In this document: in pieces, positions 33,576 to 36,923 of the stretch | Layout of the letters: each line of letters opens with the position of its first letter | Position numbering within the stretch: position 1 is the stretch's first letter | From: Minisyncoccota bacterium | Lineage (GTDB): Bacteria; Patescibacteriota; Minisyncoccia; Phycocordibacterales; PALSA-1337 | Direction of reading: 5' to 3' | NCBI GenBank assembly: GCA_036384775.1 | Contig: DASVLR010000051.1 | Span: 1 to 36,923, forward strand | DNA length: 36,923 nucleotides | The notes under the pieces: model-generated | Told to the model about the DNA's origin: nothing | Database searches by the model: none | Seen by the model: the letters and a program-made list of their open reading frames with translations, nothing else | Position numbers and translations under genes: made by a program

Positions 33576-35624
33576 ATGAACGATACTCAGAAACCTCAGG
33601 TTTTGCCGACTATTATTGGCAAAATCTCAACCATCGCCAAAGGCGCTGGCTTTATTGATGATCCGGAAAATGACCTCGAGTCGATTTACATCGAGCCGGG
33701 TTTTTTGAACTGTGCGCTGAATGGCGACCAGGTAGAAGTGAAAGTGAAGTGGGTAGCATCTACCCGACCTGGCATGCGCGGCAAGAAAGAGAAGCAGGGT
33801 GAAGTGATTCGCATTGTCGAACGCTTCAAGAACTCGTATGTCGGCACGATTGTCCCGACTCCGACCGCAACCGGCATTTCAGCTGACAAAGTAACTATTT
33901 TCCCGGACGACAAGAAGGCATACACACTCATCGAACTCATTGGTCCTGAAGCAAAGACTATTCCGGTTAATACCAAAGTCTTCGTTGATCTGCTCCCGTG
34001 GACCGACCCGACCAAACTTCCGCAAGCCAAACTTGCAAAGATTCTTGGTCCGAAGGGTATTAATGACGTCGAGATGGAATCCATCGTCCTCGACAAGGGT
34101 TTTGCCATTGGTTTTCCTGAGGCTGTCGAGAAAGAGGCTGAGCATGCAGCCCTGTATGAAAAGAAAATTTCTGATGAGGAGCTTGCCAAGCGTCGTGATA
34201 TTCGCGGCACGTTGACCTTCACCATCGATCCCTTCGATGCCAAAGACTTCGACGATGCGATCTCATTCAAGGAGGTCGGACCGGATCGCTATGAGATCGG
34301 CGTGCACATCGCCGACGTTTCTCACTATGTCCGTCCTGGCACGGCGATGGATGCAGAAGCAGTAAAGCGCGGCTGTTCGATCTACCTCGTCGACCGCACC
34401 ATTCCGATGTTGCCGGAAATTTTGTCGAACGATATCTGCTCCCTCAATCCGCACGAGGATAAGTGCAGCTTCTCGGCCATGTTTATCATGGATGGTAAAG
34501 CCAACATTCTCGAACGCTGGTTCGGTCGTACGGTCATGAATTCGGACCACCGCTTCACGTATGAGACCGCACAATCAGTTATAGACGGTGCACCTGCCAA
34601 TGTCGTCAACTATTCCAACGGCATTCAGACTCCCGATATGGTTGAACCTGGCATGAAATACAGGGATGTGCTCGTAAAGCTCAATGATATAGCCAAAATT
34701 CTCCAGGCCCAGAAGTTTGCTGCCGGCGCAGTCGAATTTGAGAGTGAAGAGGTCAAATTCAAGCTTGATGCCAACGGTAAGCCGATTGGTGTCTATGTAA
34801 AGGAACGTATCGACACGCACAAGCTCGTCGAGGAATACATGCTGCTTGCAAACCGCGAGGTCGCAAAGTTTATCTTTGATCAGATCAAACAAAAGGGTAC
34901 AAAGGACACTGGTGCCGTGTATCGTATCCACGACCTTCCTGATAAAGAGAAGATCAAAGAGCTATCTATCTTCGTGAAGGCGCTCGGCTTCGAGCTGCGT
35001 TCCAAAGATGGCGAAGTTACCGCGCACGACATCAACCATCTCCTCGACCAGATCGAAGGCACCCCGCAGGAGTCACTAGTCCGTACCGCAACCATCCGTT
35101 CGATGCAAAAGGCCATCTACTCGACCAAGAATATCGGTCACTTCGGTCTGGCCTTCAAGTTCTACACGCACTTCACGTCACCGATCCGCCGTTACCCGGA
35201 CCTTCTCGTTCATCGCATCCTGGCAAAGCATCTCCACAATGAGCCGTTTGCGGATACTGACATCGCAACTTTCCAGCGCATCTCTGAGACCTCTACCGAG
35301 CGCGAAATCGGCGCAGCTGAAGCAGAGCGTGCTTCAAAGAAGCTCAAGCAGGTTGAGTATATGTCTGAGCGCCTCGGCAAGATCTTCAAGGGCGCCATCT
35401 CAGGTGTTTCGAAGTGGGGTCTCTATGTTGAGGAAGAGGAGAGCAAGTCTGAGGGCATGATCAGTTTCCAGAATCTCGGCAACGATTACTGGGTATTCGA
35501 TCAGAAGACCTATTCGATCAAGGGCGAGCGTACGGGCAAAAAGTATCAGCTTGGCGATCCGATCACCTTCAAAGTGATGGCTGCTGATCTCGACAAGAAG
35601 ATGCTCGACTACGCTGTTGTATAA
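33576..35624 (+). CDS. rnr: Ribonuclease R (RNB family 3'-5' exoribonuclease)
   Basis: N-terminal OB/CSD region, an RNB catalytic domain (DPFDAKDFDDAIS, LVDRTIPMLP, HFGLAF..YTHFTSPIRRYPDL) and a C-terminal S1 domain. Confidence 0.95.
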   Translation: MNDTQKPQVLPTIIGKISTIAKGAGFIDDPENDLESIYIEPGFLNCALNGDQVEVKVKWVASTRPGMRGKKEKQGEVIRIVERFKNSYVGTIVPTPTATGISADKVTIFPDDKKAYTLIELIGPEAKTIPVNTKVFVDLLPWTDPTKLPQAKLAKILGPKGINDVEMESIVLDKGFAIGFPEAVEKEAEHAALYEKKISDEELAKRRDIRGTLTFTIDPFDAKDFDDAISFKEVGPDRYEIGVHIADVSHYVRPGTAMDAEAVKRGCSIYLVDRTIPMLPEILSNDICSLNPHEDKCSFSAMFIMDGKANILERWFGRTVMNSDHRFTYETAQSVIDGAPANVVNYSNGIQTPDMVEPGMKYRDVLVKLNDIAKILQAQKFAAGAVEFESEEVKFKLDANGKPIGVYVKERIDTHKLVEEYMLLANREVAKFIFDQIKQKGTKDTGAVYRIHDLPDKEKIKELSIFVKALGFELRSKDGEVTAHDINHLLDQIEGTPQESLVRTATIRSMQKAIYSTKNIGHFGLAFKFYTHFTSPIRRYPDLLVHRILAKHLHNEPFADTDIATFQRISETSTEREIGAAEAERASKKLKQVEYMSERLGKIFKGAISGVSKWGLYVEEEESKSEGMISFQNLGNDYWVFDQKTYSIKGERTGKKYQLGDPITFKVMAADLDKKMLDYAVV

Positions 35625-35628
35625 AAGG

Positions 35629-35652
35629 AGCGGGCTTCGGCCCGCTTTTTTG
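35629..35652 (+). terminator. Rho-independent terminator after rnr
   Basis: Stem agcgggc / gcccgct with a ttcg loop, followed by T6. Confidence 0.85.
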
Positions 35653-35760
35653 TAAGTTTTCATCACGCGGTGCGTTCAACGAAATAAGAGCTAGCTCATA
35701 GGCAGGCTCGATTACAGACTAATGCTCGGCACTCTCAGTGCTGCGCAAACACGGAAAACT

Positions 35761-35850
35761 ATGAGCAACATATACGCGCCGCTCGCCATTGGTGTTGTCG
35801 GCATCCTTGCCATGAGCATCATGAACACGATTACGGCAGTCCTGCGCTAA
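35761..35850 (+). CDS. Possible 29-aa hydrophobic micro-protein (speculative)
   Basis: The ATG-to-TAA ORF encodes MSNIYAPLAIGVVGILAMSIMNTITAVLR, a single predicted TM helix. It is below the ORF-track cutoff and I saw no RBS or promoter. Confidence 0.2.
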   Translation: MSNIYAPLAIGVVGILAMSIMNTITAVLR

Positions 35851-35878
35851 TCCGCGGACAACAAGTTATACAGGCCGG

Positions 35879-35887
35879 TGATATACT
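35879..35887 (+). promoter_or_regulatory. Extended -10 element (TGaTATACT) upstream of the pgl-like gene
   Basis: The hexamer at 35882-87 ends 9 nt before the ATG at 35897. Confidence 0.45.
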
Positions 35888-35896
35888 CTATTCAAT

Positions 35897-36595
35897 ATGA
35901 ACATAGTTCGATCTTCCGACCTCACTCAAGGCATCGAAGCAATGGCAACTCGCATCTCCGATGCCTTGAATGCTGGTCGCAAAGTACTGTGGCTTGTCTG
36001 TGGCGGCTCGAATATCTCGGTTGCGGCAAAAGCTATGGAACGCATCCGGATTCGTACTGCCGGTGAAAGCATTTCTCTCCTTACTGTCGGCCTTACCGAT
36101 GAGCGCTACGGCCCTGTCGGTCACAAAGACTCCAACTGGCAGCAGTTTGTCGATGCAAACGTCAATCTATCCAAGGTATCACTCATGCCGGTGCTCATCG
36201 GCAAGTCACTCGAGGCTACCGTAGAGGAATACTCACGCAGTTTCGAAATGAAAGTCAAAAACCTCCGCACATCCGGCGGTATCGTCGTCGCTATGTTTGG
36301 TATCGGTGCAGACGGGCACATTGCCGGTATTCTGCCGCATACTGAGGCTGCCGAATCCACACATCTGGTGGCAGGGTATACGGCAGGACCATATATACGC
36401 GTAACACTGACATTTAAAGCCCTTGAACTGGTAGACACTGCATATGCATTCGTTTTCAGCGGGGGAAGTACTACCAAGGAATCTATGATGAAGCAGCTTG
36501 TTGATGAGGAGCTGGATCTTGAAGATCAGCCGGCGCAGATACTGAAAAAACTAGCAGAGGCGACTCTCTATACCGATATCGTATCGAGTTTGTAG
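35897..36595 (+). CDS. pgl: 6-phosphogluconolactonase / glucosamine-6-phosphate isomerase family protein
   Basis: VLWLVCGGSN and FGIGADGHIAGILP motifs, the equivalent of LGxGxDGHTAS. The PPP context is supported by gnd 5 kb upstream. Confidence 0.65.
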   Translation: MNIVRSSDLTQGIEAMATRISDALNAGRKVLWLVCGGSNISVAAKAMERIRIRTAGESISLLTVGLTDERYGPVGHKDSNWQQFVDANVNLSKVSLMPVLIGKSLEATVEEYSRSFEMKVKNLRTSGGIVVAMFGIGADGHIAGILPHTEAAESTHLVAGYTAGPYIRVTLTFKALELVDTAYAFVFSGGSTTKESMMKQLVDEELDLEDQPAQILKKLAEATLYTDIVSSL

Positions 36596-36915
36596 AGAGG
36601 TTTAATGCAGAACAGATAGATCGTTGCCAACCCAAAAATAATGGTGAACGCCCACAGGCTTGTGAGAGTGTATCCCAGAGCGACACCTCCATATACCAGT
36701 GCGCATAAGACAAACCCGAGCGAGTCGACGATTATTTTGTATGAAAGAAGCTTTGGATGACTAACTTTGCCAACCAATACCACATATTTAAGGGTGGTCA
36801 CCGCAAAAAACAACATTAGTAAACCAACAAAAATGTTTGGTTCGGATATGTGAAAGGGAATGAATAGATAGAACAGAACAAGTATCCCGTCAAAAATGAC
36901 CTGAGCGGGTGTCAT
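36568..36915 (-). CDS. Hypothetical small membrane protein (about 4 TM)
   Basis: 115-aa hydrophobic ORF. Its 3' end overlaps the pgl-like 3' end by 28 nt in convergent orientation. I recognised no family. Confidence 0.45.
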   Translation of the reverse strand: MTPAQVIFDGILVLFYLFIPFHISEPNIFVGLLMLFFAVTTLKYVVLVGKVSHPKLLSYKIIVDSLGFVLCALVYGGVALGYTLTSLWAFTIIFGLATIYLFCIKPLYKLDTISV

Positions 36916-36923
36916 TCGTATAA

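Noticed and set aside
1-36923. Search for CRISPR arrays, transposases, integrases, phage genes, toxin-antitoxin pairs, restriction-modification or other defence genes, and rRNA.
   Set aside because: I saw no tandem repeat-spacer arrays, terminal inverted repeats or matching protein motifs. The window appears to be core housekeeping chromosome.

Overview
The window is a gene-dense, almost entirely housekeeping chromosomal segment from a bacterium that uses the standard genetic code. GC looks roughly 50% by eye.

Content:
- About 40 CDS.
- 2 tRNAs: Leu-CAA and Gln-UUG.
- No rRNA, CRISPR array, transposase, integrase or phage genes that I could see.

Recognisable genes, in order:
- rarA (5'-truncated), miaA, parB, two single-domain response regulators, topA, dprA.
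- serS, an FtsQ-like gene, a D,D-carboxypeptidase, dus, dnaX, tspO.
- An IMPase-family gene, DUF2200, a VanZ-like gene, a metallophosphoesterase, a DEAD-box helicase, a VOC-family gene and an arsR-family regulator.
- A tightly coupled run of nifS, nifU, an FNR-like flavoprotein gene, nrdD, nrdG, pyrD and gpmA.
- gnd, then a block of class-F-like sortase, small sortase substrate, second sortase and ECF sigma factor, then rnr, a pgl-like gene and a small membrane protein.

Compact genes, short protein variants (339-aa DnaX), sortases and the near absence of Shine-Dalgarno sequences fit a small-genome monoderm-type lineage, possibly CPR/Patescibacteria-like. This is inference only.

Observations most worth follow-up:
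1. A 660-bp non-coding gap upstream of dnaX holds two apparently structured RNA units. The second has its own extended -10 promoter and intrinsic terminator, and I could not assign it to tmRNA, RNase P, SRP or 6S by eye.
2. Two sortases flank a lysine-free, Tyr/Gly/Asn-rich mini-substrate with a VPNTG sorting signal, next to an ECF sigma factor.
3. A perfect 11-bp inverted repeat overlaps the -35 of the nifS-to-gpmA operon, immediately downstream of an ArsR-family regulator.
4. PyrD is class-2-like but carries the class-1-type Cys catalytic base, and it is co-operonic with an FNR-like flavoprotein.
5. Tandem orphan response regulators, one with Glu in place of the phospho-acceptor Asp.
6. A recurrent TGnTATACT-type extended -10 motif lies 6-14 nt upstream of many start codons, which suggests leaderless or near-leaderless mRNAs.

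I found no clear-cut defence or mobile system. All functional calls rest on motif recognition by eye, with no database search.
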